This document shows, in pieces, positions 55,384-64,000 of a stretch of 64,000 bases of DNA (the stretch's first letter is position 1; every line of letters starts with the position of its first letter). The position numbers were made by a program, and so were the translations under genes. The stretch is from Tannerellaceae bacterium (GTDB taxonomy: Bacteria; Bacteroidota; Bacteroidia; Bacteroidales; CAMTPD01). The stretch is taken from positions 64,841-128,840 of the forward strand of contig JBOFPV010000040.1 in NCBI GenBank assembly GCA_051660585.1, written 5' to 3'. The notes below the pieces were generated by a model. That model saw only the letters and a list, made by a program, of their open reading frames with translations, did not search any database and was not told the DNA's origin.

Positions 55384-57804
55384 ATGAAACACATCTTAAT
55401 CAATCTATTTATATGGATTATATCGTGTGCCGCTTTGTCGGCAAGCGATGTAGTGCACGAAATGACTATAGAACCGAGACTTCCCTTACAAAACAAGGTT
55501 TTGGAGGGAAGCTTCATCGGCAAATCAGGTAGTACCCTCTTTTACGGAGGAGGGGTTACCGATACCTCTAATGGACACCTTACATTTGTTGGCAACGAAG
55601 TATATCGAGTGAGTAAAACCTCTGAAGGATATGATCATAAACAAGTGTTTCGATTGCCTCAATCCGTTGCATTTTCGGCATACTGTTCTACATCACAAGG
55701 TTTTATTCTTGCTGGAGGAGTTACTCCGCAAGGACCGGTTTCGGATGTCTTTATGGTATCCGACAGTATAGGGTCTTTAAAAGAATTGCCACAACTTCCC
55801 GTTTCGATCTATCGAGCGGGCTTTGGGGTCTTGAAAAACAAACTCATCCTAGCCGGCGGTATCCAAGATGGTACACCGTCAAACCAAGTATGGATGCTCG
55901 ATCTGCATAAGTTGAAACAAGGTTGGCAGTCGATGCCGGCCCTGCCTATTCCATCCATGGTAGATGGAGCATGCGTTGTACAAAACAACGGTGTAGAAGA
56001 CCGTTTGTATATCTTCGGTCAAAAGATATTTTCTTATTCGGCTTCACTGCACGACTGGTTTGAGGAGACTACGACAGAAAAAGTAAAACAAGTACTTCCC
56101 GCCTTCGAGCGTTCTATCGCTTCGGCATGGGGTACCCACCATATTCTTTTCCCCAATATCGACGGAAAAGTGTGGGCATTTCACACCATCAGTAAGACTG
56201 TGATTCCGATTCAAGATTGGGAAACATCGCAAGGAGCACACTTTGCTTCGATCTTTTGGGACAATGCCTTGTGGTTGCTTGATGGAAACGATTTATCCAC
56301 AGCAAAGTTTTATCACCATGCCTCGTTCGGATTCTTCAACTATGTGGTATTGATACTCTATCTTTTGATGATGGTAGGCATTGGTTTTTACTTTAGCAGA
56401 AAAGCAAAAACATCCGATCAGTTCTTTAAAGGAGGAGGGCAAATACCGTGGTGGGCAGCCGGGATCAGTATCTTTGCAACCACATTGAGTGCGATTACCT
56501 TTATGGCAATACCGGCCAAGACCTATACGTCTAATTGGCTTTACTTCCCCATGTCATTCTCCATCTTGTTGATTGCACCGGTTATTATCCATTGGTATCT
56601 TCCTTTCTTTCGAAAGCTGAATCTTACCAGTGCCTATGAATACCTCGAATACCGATTCAATGTGTCGGTACGTTTGGTCTCAAGTCTGCTCTTTATCATC
56701 TTTATGATTACGCGTATTGCCATTGTGCTGTATTTGCCATCGGTTGCACTATCTACCGTAACCGGCATTAGTATCCTTACCTGTATCCTTATCATGTCGA
56801 TCATTACCTTGTTGTATGCAACCATTGGTGGTGTTGAGGCGGTAATCTGGGGAGACGTTATTCAAGGAGGAATCTTGTTGGGCGGAGCATTGCTTTCGGT
56901 GATATACATCGTATTTGAAACAGGCGGATTGGGTGAGACGATTCAGATAGCAGAGGAAGCACACAAGTTTAAGATGCTCGACTTTGCTTTCGACTTTTCT
57001 CAACCTACGTTCTGGGTAATCTTTTTTGGAGCGGGTATGGCCAATACGTTGATTACTTATTCATCGGATCAAACCATCATTCAGCGGTATTTTACCACGC
57101 ACGATATGAAAGCAGCTAAGAGAAGTTTGTGGACAAACGGATTGATTGCTCTTCCGGCCTTGGTATTGTTTTATTTTATCGGTACCGCTCTGTATAGTTA
57201 CTATACAACGAAGCCGGAGCTGTTGCCTGTGTCAATGAATAATGCCGAAGGAATCTTTCCTTATTTCATTGTGAATGAACTCCCCAATGGAGTAGCGGGG
57301 CTTTTGATTGCAGCTATTTTCGCAGCTACCATGTCAACGCTTTCGTCAAATATCAACTCGGTATCTACCGCGATCACATGCGACTTTGTAATGAAGATTC
57401 GTAAAGATATCAAAGATAAATCGATTGTACGCGTGGCACAAGTAAGCGGGATTATTGCTTGCTCCATCGGAATGGGACTTGCCGTAATTTTGTCTACCAT
57501 GAGTGTAAAGTCTTTCTTTGATGAGTTTAATACGTTTATCGGACTGCTCACAAGTGGACTGGGAGGCCTTTTCTTCATTGGTATCTTCATTCCACGTATC
57601 AAAGGGTATGCCGCATTGTGCGGATTGATTGGTTCTACATTGCTTTTACTGGTCTTGCGCAACTATTCGTCTTTAAACTTTATGATGTACGGACTTGTAG
57701 GCATCGCATTAAGTATCGTAATCGGATATATTTTTAGCTTTGTCTTTCATGAAAAAGAGCGTCCTATCAACGGGTTAACATGGAGCACTCGTAAACAAAA
57801 ATAA
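55384..57804 (+). CDS. Fusion protein: signal peptide plus Kelch/NanM-like beta-propeller (residues about 20-312) joined to a sodium:solute symporter (about 315-806)
   Basis: The N-terminal half has Kelch-like blades (LP....AGFGVLKNKLILAGG, WQSMPALPIP...GACVV). The C-terminal half has about 13 TM segments with an SSS-type start ...FFKGGGQIPWWAAGISIFATTLSAITFM.... Confidence 0.8.
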   Translation: MKHILINLFIWIISCAALSASDVVHEMTIEPRLPLQNKVLEGSFIGKSGSTLFYGGGVTDTSNGHLTFVGNEVYRVSKTSEGYDHKQVFRLPQSVAFSAYCSTSQGFILAGGVTPQGPVSDVFMVSDSIGSLKELPQLPVSIYRAGFGVLKNKLILAGGIQDGTPSNQVWMLDLHKLKQGWQSMPALPIPSMVDGACVVQNNGVEDRLYIFGQKIFSYSASLHDWFEETTTEKVKQVLPAFERSIASAWGTHHILFPNIDGKVWAFHTISKTVIPIQDWETSQGAHFASIFWDNALWLLDGNDLSTAKFYHHASFGFFNYVVLILYLLMMVGIGFYFSRKAKTSDQFFKGGGQIPWWAAGISIFATTLSAITFMAIPAKTYTSNWLYFPMSFSILLIAPVIIHWYLPFFRKLNLTSAYEYLEYRFNVSVRLVSSLLFIIFMITRIAIVLYLPSVALSTVTGISILTCILIMSIITLLYATIGGVEAVIWGDVIQGGILLGGALLSVIYIVFETGGLGETIQIAEEAHKFKMLDFAFDFSQPTFWVIFFGAGMANTLITYSSDQTIIQRYFTTHDMKAAKRSLWTNGLIALPALVLFYFIGTALYSYYTTKPELLPVSMNNAEGIFPYFIVNELPNGVAGLLIAAIFAATMSTLSSNINSVSTAITCDFVMKIRKDIKDKSIVRVAQVSGIIACSIGMGLAVILSTMSVKSFFDEFNTFIGLLTSGLGGLFFIGIFIPRIKGYAALCGLIGSTLLLLVLRNYSSLNFMMYGLVGIALSIVIGYIFSFVFHEKERPINGLTWSTRKQK

Positions 57805-57913
57805 ATTCCATTCAATACATCGCTTAAAAGTGGCATCTATTCTTCGAATAATGCGTTTCTTTGCAGTAACTATTTAAGTAAACATTCTGTTATATTTAAA
57901 AAGTAGCGCATTT

Positions 57914-60607
57914 ATGAAAACGTCGAAGATATGGATGTCGCTTTTTATTTTATTGTGCGTTTCTTGTGAGAAGAAAAGTACACATGTTATTTATCAATCC
58001 GATGCTTTTACGGTTTATGACGACCGAATAGAGCAGGATGATTTTGAAGCACGCGCCACATCCACTAATGAATTAAAAACGAACTATACAAAAAACAATG
58101 TAAACCTGGCAGATCCTACACTCGATTTGCGTTTTTGTATCAACGGTAGAAACAACGAGTTTTTGCCCGGTGAGGTACACCGCTATACGGTAATACCCAA
58201 AGGACATGAAGCCGAGACACCGGTCTTTTTGTTTGGGATTGCATCATCGCAAGTAGATGCAGACGCCGATGAATTGCCTTACAATACAAAACTCAATGTC
58301 CGTGTAGATATCTCGTCGGTGCTCAATAGTTTCAAATCCAAAGGATATTATGCAACAACTTCGGGAGATACCATTTACCGAGATGATTTCAAGGGTATCT
58401 ATATTGCCGGGAATAAGTATCCGCTGTCGTGTGATTATGATAATCTCACGCGGGATACGCATGCCAAAATGAAAGCAACCTCGCAATACGGAATCTATGA
58501 GATTAGCTTGATGCTTAATCCCGACTCGCTGCGTCAACCGTCAAAGCGTGCGTGGAAAGTTGAACTTGCCGATTTGCCGGCCCGATATCCACGCTTTAAG
58601 TCAGACCAAGTATTGGTTGATGCCGTTTACAATCTTTCGGTCGATGAGTTGAGTAAACTAATGGGAGCCGACAGTACCTACAGGGCCGATACCCTTTCTA
58701 CGCAAATCGGAACACGCAACATCAGTTATGCCATTCACCTGGCATTGGGAATGCTAAATCCCGAGGCGGCAAAAGCCGGACTCATTGCTAAGGTCAAGAA
58801 CATGCGTATCATACAAGACGATGGCACCGGCGGTAGTTGGCCGGTAGCAACAGATCGTGTCGTATGGACTGTTGCCGCATGGGAAATTTATAAAATTACC
58901 GGCGATAAAGAGTGGCTTTCTTATGCCTATACCGTAATCAAGAACTCACTCAAAGACGACTTGTATACAATCCTTGATCCGAAAACATTCTTACTTCGAG
59001 GCGAGCAATCGTATCTCAATAAAAGTGAGCAATCGTATCCAGAGTGGATGCAACCGGTGAATATCTATCAGTCGATGGGATTATCCACCAATATTCTGCA
59101 CTATCAAACTTACATGTTGATGAATAGTATGGCCACACAACTGGGGTATTCCGGATCCGAGTTTCGTACGCAGGCTTCGGTGTTGCGAGCCTCTATTCTC
59201 AAATATCTGTGGATGGAAAAAGAAGGCTACTTCGGGCAATACCTTTATGGAGGGATTTATCCCATCTTGTCTACCGGTAGCGATGCATTGGGACAGTCCT
59301 TGTCTGTACTCTTTCGCGTCACAACCAGCGAGCAGTCCAAACGTTTGGTTTCTTCCATGCCGGTAACCCCCTTTGGTGTAACCGCCCTTTGGCCCAACCG
59401 AGATACCGAAGATGCTTATTTTAATAATGCCGTTTGGCCGTTTGTACAAGCTTATTACAACTGGGCAGCCAAGCACACGGGCAACGAAACAGCAGTAACC
59501 TACGGAATGGCTGCAATGCTTAGAGCTACAGCTCTGTTTCTTTCCAACAATGAAATGTTTACGGCACAAAGCGGAGACTACCGCCTTGCCGGAAATCCCG
59601 ATAATACACGCTTATGGAGTGTAGCCGGAAACTTAGCAATGGTATACCGGGTCCTTTTCGGAATCGAGTTAATGCCCGATAAGTTGATGTTTCGTCCGAT
59701 GGTGCCGAGCACTTTGCCCGGCAAGAAAACATTGGAGGGGTTGAAATACCGCAATGCCGAACTCGATATCACACTCAATGGAACAGGGAGTCAGATCAAG
59801 CAGTTTATCATTGATGCCGATACGCTCGAAGCACAAACCTTTGTGCCCGATACCTTGCAGGGTAAGCACACGGTAGAGATTACTCTGACCGATGAACCCA
59901 TTGCTGCACAATCAATCAATATGAAGGCGGTAGAGTCGATGCCCGAAACCTCTCGTTTTAAGTTCGATAAAGAAACTTCGACGATTGATATAGAAAACTT
60001 CAACGATTCGCTTTCGTACGAACTATACATCAATGGCAAGCTATCGGGTGAATATAAAAGCGGAAAGATTCCGTTCTCCGATTTCAGCACCTTTACAGAA
60101 GTGATGGCAGTGCCGCGCACACCGCAAGGGTTGCACGGATATAGCGGAAAGCCCGTTTATTTTTATCCCGATACAGGTGTGATTGCCTTGGATATGGCTG
60201 CAATGGTTCGCACAGATGAGGCATCGCAGCAAGGTTACAGTGGCGAAGGTTACGTTACGGTAAGTACGGTCGACAACATCCGATTGGATTTTAAAGTAAC
60301 AGTGCCACGCTCGGGGCGTTACTTTATCGATTTGCGTTATGCCAATGGTAGCGGACCTGTAAATACGGACGACAAATGTGCCCTTCGTACCCTGTATGTC
60401 AATAACGAACGAAACGGTGTATTTGTTATGCCACAACGAGGTCTCGACGAATGGTCAAATTGGGGATTTTCAAACCCTTTGGATATCTTTTTACGTGAAG
60501 GAGACAACTTGTTGTCGATTCGATACATCATGCCCGAAAACCAGAATATGAACGGCAAGATAAACAAAGCGCTGATAGACCAGATTCGACTGTGGCGATC
60601 GGAATAG
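57914..60607 (+). CDS. Lipoprotein with a six-hairpin (alpha/alpha)6 glycosidase-like core and a C-terminal CBM6/35-like domain
   Basis: Lipobox LLCVSC. The central region has GGSWPVATDRVVWTVAAWEIY and YFNNAVWPFVQAYY, resembling GDE_C/GH63-type barrels. The C-terminus ...RYFIDLRYANGSGP...TLYVNNE...NLLSIRY looks like a beta-sandwich CBM. The family is not resolved. Confidence 0.5.
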   Translation: MKTSKIWMSLFILLCVSCEKKSTHVIYQSDAFTVYDDRIEQDDFEARATSTNELKTNYTKNNVNLADPTLDLRFCINGRNNEFLPGEVHRYTVIPKGHEAETPVFLFGIASSQVDADADELPYNTKLNVRVDISSVLNSFKSKGYYATTSGDTIYRDDFKGIYIAGNKYPLSCDYDNLTRDTHAKMKATSQYGIYEISLMLNPDSLRQPSKRAWKVELADLPARYPRFKSDQVLVDAVYNLSVDELSKLMGADSTYRADTLSTQIGTRNISYAIHLALGMLNPEAAKAGLIAKVKNMRIIQDDGTGGSWPVATDRVVWTVAAWEIYKITGDKEWLSYAYTVIKNSLKDDLYTILDPKTFLLRGEQSYLNKSEQSYPEWMQPVNIYQSMGLSTNILHYQTYMLMNSMATQLGYSGSEFRTQASVLRASILKYLWMEKEGYFGQYLYGGIYPILSTGSDALGQSLSVLFRVTTSEQSKRLVSSMPVTPFGVTALWPNRDTEDAYFNNAVWPFVQAYYNWAAKHTGNETAVTYGMAAMLRATALFLSNNEMFTAQSGDYRLAGNPDNTRLWSVAGNLAMVYRVLFGIELMPDKLMFRPMVPSTLPGKKTLEGLKYRNAELDITLNGTGSQIKQFIIDADTLEAQTFVPDTLQGKHTVEITLTDEPIAAQSINMKAVESMPETSRFKFDKETSTIDIENFNDSLSYELYINGKLSGEYKSGKIPFSDFSTFTEVMAVPRTPQGLHGYSGKPVYFYPDTGVIALDMAAMVRTDEASQQGYSGEGYVTVSTVDNIRLDFKVTVPRSGRYFIDLRYANGSGPVNTDDKCALRTLYVNNERNGVFVMPQRGLDEWSNWGFSNPLDIFLREGDNLLSIRYIMPENQNMNGKINKALIDQIRLWRSE

Positions 60608-60698
60608 GAGAGTAGCATGATTTCTTTTTTTAAGAAGCTTTGCAACAAGCTGCGATTTGATTTGTTGTATGGTTGTAGTATGTAAATTTGAAAATAGC

Positions 60699-61394
60699 AT
60701 GGATTTTTTATCGCAATCACAAGAACGACAAACAACTGCTCAGTCTAATTTTCTCGCGAAAGTATATGGTTGGATGGCTTTTGCATTAATGCTTACAGCC
60801 GGTACAGCCTTTTATGTAGCATCGAGCCCGTCGTTGATTCAGGCCGTTTATGGGAATAAAATTCTCTTTTGGGGGCTAATGATCGCCGAGTTGGTATTGG
60901 TATTTACCGTATCGGGTGCAATCAATCGGATCAGTTCTAGCGTAGCAACGCTACTTTTCTTCCTATACTCCCTGCTCAATGGTGTTACGATGGCATTCAT
61001 CTTTAGTGTATACACCGGAGAGTCGATTGCATATACTTTTATGATCACTGCCGGAACATTCGGGGCAATGAGTTTGTTTGGATATGTAACAAAGCAAGAC
61101 TTGACCAAGTTCGGTAGCATTGCGTTAATGGCTTTGATCGGAGTAATCATCGCCTCGGTGGTGAACATCTTCTTGAAGAGCTCTACGTTGTACTGGATTA
61201 TAACCATTGTAGGAGTTTTGGTCTTTGTAGGACTTGTAGCATACGACACTCAGAAACTAAAACAGTTGAGCAGAGCCGGATATGATTCCGAAACACAACG
61301 TAAACTTTCTATTATAGGAGCATTAACGTTGTATCTCGACTTTATCAATCTATTCTTGTTCTTCTTGAATATTTTCGGAGGACGTCGCGATTAA
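60699..61394 (+). CDS. Bax inhibitor-1/YccA-family membrane protein
   Basis: A 7-TM protein of about 230 aa with N-terminus ...FLAKVYGWM... and the charged C-terminal motif DTQKLK...LYLDFINLFLF. Confidence 0.85.
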   Translation: MDFLSQSQERQTTAQSNFLAKVYGWMAFALMLTAGTAFYVASSPSLIQAVYGNKILFWGLMIAELVLVFTVSGAINRISSSVATLLFFLYSLLNGVTMAFIFSVYTGESIAYTFMITAGTFGAMSLFGYVTKQDLTKFGSIALMALIGVIIASVVNIFLKSSTLYWIITIVGVLVFVGLVAYDTQKLKQLSRAGYDSETQRKLSIIGALTLYLDFINLFLFFLNIFGGRRD

Positions 61395-61605
61395 TAATAA
61401 CGTATCCTCTTTATAACGTCAAGGCTATATCGGTTAATATAATTTTTTTATTGCACACATCAATCTTCTGATTGGTAAAAAAGTCTGTTATCGGATTCGG
61501 TAACAGGCTTTTTTTATTTCCGGTGGCATGTTTGTTTTTTTAAGATCCTGAGAACTAGTTTGTCAATAAAACTTTACCTTTAACGCAATCTTAAATAATA
61601 CGACC

Positions 61606-62547
61606 ATGACAACTAGAAGAAACTTTCTCAAGAACACTTCACTTTGTGCTTTGGGTGGACTATTCGCAACCAAAGCAGCAGATATGCAAGCTGCATCATT
61701 CAACACACCTGCGCCAATGCGCACAACAGCTGCAAAGAATATCGGACTTCAAATCTATTCTCTGGGAGGAGAGCTGTTTGAAAACGTCCCCGTAGGATTA
61801 AAGAAACTCAAAGACATGGGATATGCAACGATCGAACTTGCCGGGTACAGTCCGGGAAAAGTAGGCAATGTAGACATGATGGAGTTTAAGAAGATGGCCG
61901 ATGATGCTGGTTTGGTAATTCTTAGTTCGCACGTAAACCCTCCGGTACATCAATACACGAAAGAGAACAAAGGGCAGATTCTGGAGTTTTGGAAGCAAAC
62001 GGCCGACGACCATGCAAAGATGGGCGTAACGTATCTCGTACAACCGGGCCAGCCGAGTACGCGTAGCCTCGAAGAGACACAATACGTGTGTGAAGTATTC
62101 AACGATGCAGGCAAAGTTATAAAAGAAGCCGGAATCCCTTTCGGTTACCACAACCACGATTTCGAATTCGCCAAAGTAGTGCCCGGCGGAACCGAAGCCA
62201 AGTTTAACCGACACGGCAAAGGCGATGCCGTATATGATGTATTCTTGCGCGAGACAGACCCTTCGTTGGTATTCTTCGAAATGGATGTATTCTGGACTGT
62301 GATGGGGCAAAACGATCCTATGCGTTACCTCAAGCAATACCCCGATCGCATTAAGTTATTGCATATAAAGGACAGCTCCGTGCTGGGACAATCGGGCATG
62401 ATGAACTTCGAAACCATCTTCAATCAGTTTTACGCCAACGGCAACAAAGACTACTTTGTAGAGCTTGAAGGCATGAGCAACGGCACCCAATTTGAAGGCG
62501 TAAAAGGCTGCGCCGATTACTTGCTAAAGTCTAAATTCGTAAAATAA
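61606..62547 (+). CDS. Tat-exported sugar-phosphate isomerase/epimerase (xylose-isomerase-like TIM barrel)
   Basis: The twin-arginine signal is MTTRRNFLKNTSLCALGG. AP-endonuclease-2/TIM-barrel-like motifs follow (IELAGY, GYHNH.FEF, LHIKD). Confidence 0.8.
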   Translation: MTTRRNFLKNTSLCALGGLFATKAADMQAASFNTPAPMRTTAAKNIGLQIYSLGGELFENVPVGLKKLKDMGYATIELAGYSPGKVGNVDMMEFKKMADDAGLVILSSHVNPPVHQYTKENKGQILEFWKQTADDHAKMGVTYLVQPGQPSTRSLEETQYVCEVFNDAGKVIKEAGIPFGYHNHDFEFAKVVPGGTEAKFNRHGKGDAVYDVFLRETDPSLVFFEMDVFWTVMGQNDPMRYLKQYPDRIKLLHIKDSSVLGQSGMMNFETIFNQFYANGNKDYFVELEGMSNGTQFEGVKGCADYLLKSKFVK

Positions 62548-62580
62548 ATAATCCTCAAATAATAAGGATGTAAACTATAA

Positions 62581-62629
62581 ATAGCAACCTGCACAGCCCT
62601 TTGTCGACTTGTAGGTTGCTATCTGTTTT
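62581..62629. terminator. Hairpin terminator between convergent genes
   Basis: Stem ATAGCAACCTGCA / TGTAGGTTGCTAT (one G-U pair) followed by CTGTTTT. Confidence 0.55.
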
Positions 62630-62635
62630 GGGTGT

Positions 62636-63829
62636 CTATTTCAATTTAAAGAATACAAGGATCGCATTGTCATCAAAGGAAACTTCTTCTGCGAACTTTC
62701 CTGCCAACGCTTTATGATCAATCAACAACTCGGGGGTTACATATCCTACAAAATAATCATTGTGCGCTGTTACGACAGAAGAGAAAATAAGTCCATTGTT
62801 GCAAATAACATTATCGAGATCTGAGAAGGAAATTGTTTGGTTCGAATGCTTATTATAATAGCAGTACATTGTGCCTGTAGCGTTTGCAGTCTGAACTTTA
62901 AAGAACAGATGTTTCTCTGTAAAGAAGATTGGAGGTAATATGTGTGCAGAGCAGAAATAGTATGGAAGAAGTTCTTCCGGCTTGTCAATTAGTATTGATA
63001 ACTTTTCTTTATTAAGCGCATTCTCAAAAGCAGATAAATCAAATTTATATTTTAATTCTACTCCATGCTGACATGCAACAAAGAAGTCGCTTGTGTAATT
63101 TGACATGTATGCAATTTGATTATTATTTCTCAATAGTAGGCTTGGCGCATAATTATTTGAGGCATGTATATTTTGAAGAGTAGATGCTTTTAAGATATTT
63201 AGCGTTGAATCAAGGATAAACAATGATGAGCCGTCGAATTCTTTTAGTTCAGGATTATTAGAAGAGATCGAAGCTACAATCATTTGTCCGTATTGATCAA
63301 TTCCAAAGTTGTTATTCTCAAAACGAATTGGTGTAGCGGTTCTTCTTTTAAAGTTGCCTTCAAGGGTGTAAAAGAAAAACTCTTGTTTGAATGAATCATA
63401 GACGATAACTTCCTTTTTATTTCGGTCTATCGTAAACGTTGTCAAGTGTAAAAGATCATCAGGCCCGTTTCCTCTTTGTCCCAAGCTGCTGATAAACTTT
63501 CCTTTTTTATCGAATATGTATAACAGCTTTGTCTCAACATCTTGAATATAGATATAATTCTTATAGAGTTCAATGTTGCGGTATTGACCAATCAGTGAAT
63601 TTGGTGTTGTTTCTAGCGGTAAATAATAATAGTCTTCAACGATGGTTTCAAACTTGATGCCACTGGGCTTTTCTAGTTGCAAAACTTGCATTGTAGATGT
63701 GTCGGCATCGAAGAGGCCTATACTTGATAAATCGGATACTTTAATTTTGTTGGGAAGTGTATCAGGTGTATTTTCTTTACAACTCAGGCAAGAGATGTAG
63801 ATTCCAAGTATCAGTAGTAGTTTGTTCAT
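62636..63829 (-). CDS. 6-bladed beta-propeller lipoprotein (BF3164 family)
   Basis: Lipobox ISCLSC. The stretch YYLPLETTPNSLIGQYRNIELYKNYIYIQD...LYIFDKKGKFISSLGQRGNGPDD matches the hallmark N-terminal pattern of this Bacteroidales family. Confidence 0.75.
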   Translation of the reverse strand: MNKLLLILGIYISCLSCKENTPDTLPNKIKVSDLSSIGLFDADTSTMQVLQLEKPSGIKFETIVEDYYYLPLETTPNSLIGQYRNIELYKNYIYIQDVETKLLYIFDKKGKFISSLGQRGNGPDDLLHLTTFTIDRNKKEVIVYDSFKQEFFFYTLEGNFKRRTATPIRFENNNFGIDQYGQMIVASISSNNPELKEFDGSSLFILDSTLNILKASTLQNIHASNNYAPSLLLRNNNQIAYMSNYTSDFFVACQHGVELKYKFDLSAFENALNKEKLSILIDKPEELLPYYFCSAHILPPIFFTEKHLFFKVQTANATGTMYCYYNKHSNQTISFSDLDNVICNNGLIFSSVVTAHNDYFVGYVTPELLIDHKALAGKFAEEVSFDDNAILVFFKLK

Positions 63830-64000
63830 ATGAAACTAAGGTGTTAACAGGTTAGGTCTCAGATTCAAAGTAAATAAAAAGAATAACATAACAAGTAATA
63901 TTTACAGTTTACTCTTTGTAAATATTTTCTTATTGTATATTTTGGTTTTTGCGATGGGAGTGAGGGCTTTGTGTGAAGAGGGCGGGTGTTTTTCGGGTTG

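Overview
The window reads as ordinary core chromosome from a Bacteroidota, probably Bacteroidales. Supporting signs are a SusC/SusD pair, tandem OmpH/Skp genes, a BF3164-type beta-propeller lipoprotein, TAnnTTTG -7 promoter boxes and A-rich start contexts without Shine-Dalgarno sequences. About 48 protein genes are densely packed. They include housekeeping genes (murI, priA, gltX, trmB, waaA, mrp/apbC, an lptD-like gene), three tandem tRNA-Asn(GUU) genes, and a heavy-metal-type RND efflux locus followed by a LytS-like kinase and LytTR regulator. There are also an NfnAB-like oxidoreductase pair, two MATE exporters, a type-A chloramphenicol acetyltransferase homologue, an orphan SusC/SusD pair and a sialic-acid catabolic cluster (lyase, AGE epimerase, transporter). 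I found no integrase, transposase, CRISPR array, phage genes or recognisable defence or toxin system, so I cannot point to a convincing novel multi-gene system. The signals least explained by ordinary annotation are these. (1) Two arrays 41 kb apart each hold four exactly 44-bp-phased units carrying a 26-nt hairpin, with the same internal order, resembling REP/BIME elements. (2) One 1439-aa ORF fuses a CzcA/CusA-type RND pump in frame to a TolC-like outer-membrane factor across an internal signal-peptide-like segment. (3) One ORF fuses a signal-peptide-bearing Kelch/NanM-like propeller to a sodium:solute symporter inside the sialic-acid cluster. (4) An uncharacterised six-hairpin hydrolase-like lipoprotein with a C-terminal CBM-like domain sits just downstream of that cluster. 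(5) A strong plus-strand intrinsic terminator has no upstream plus-strand gene. All family assignments come from motif recognition by eye in the supplied translations; no HMM or BLAST search, RNA folding or composition calculation was run.
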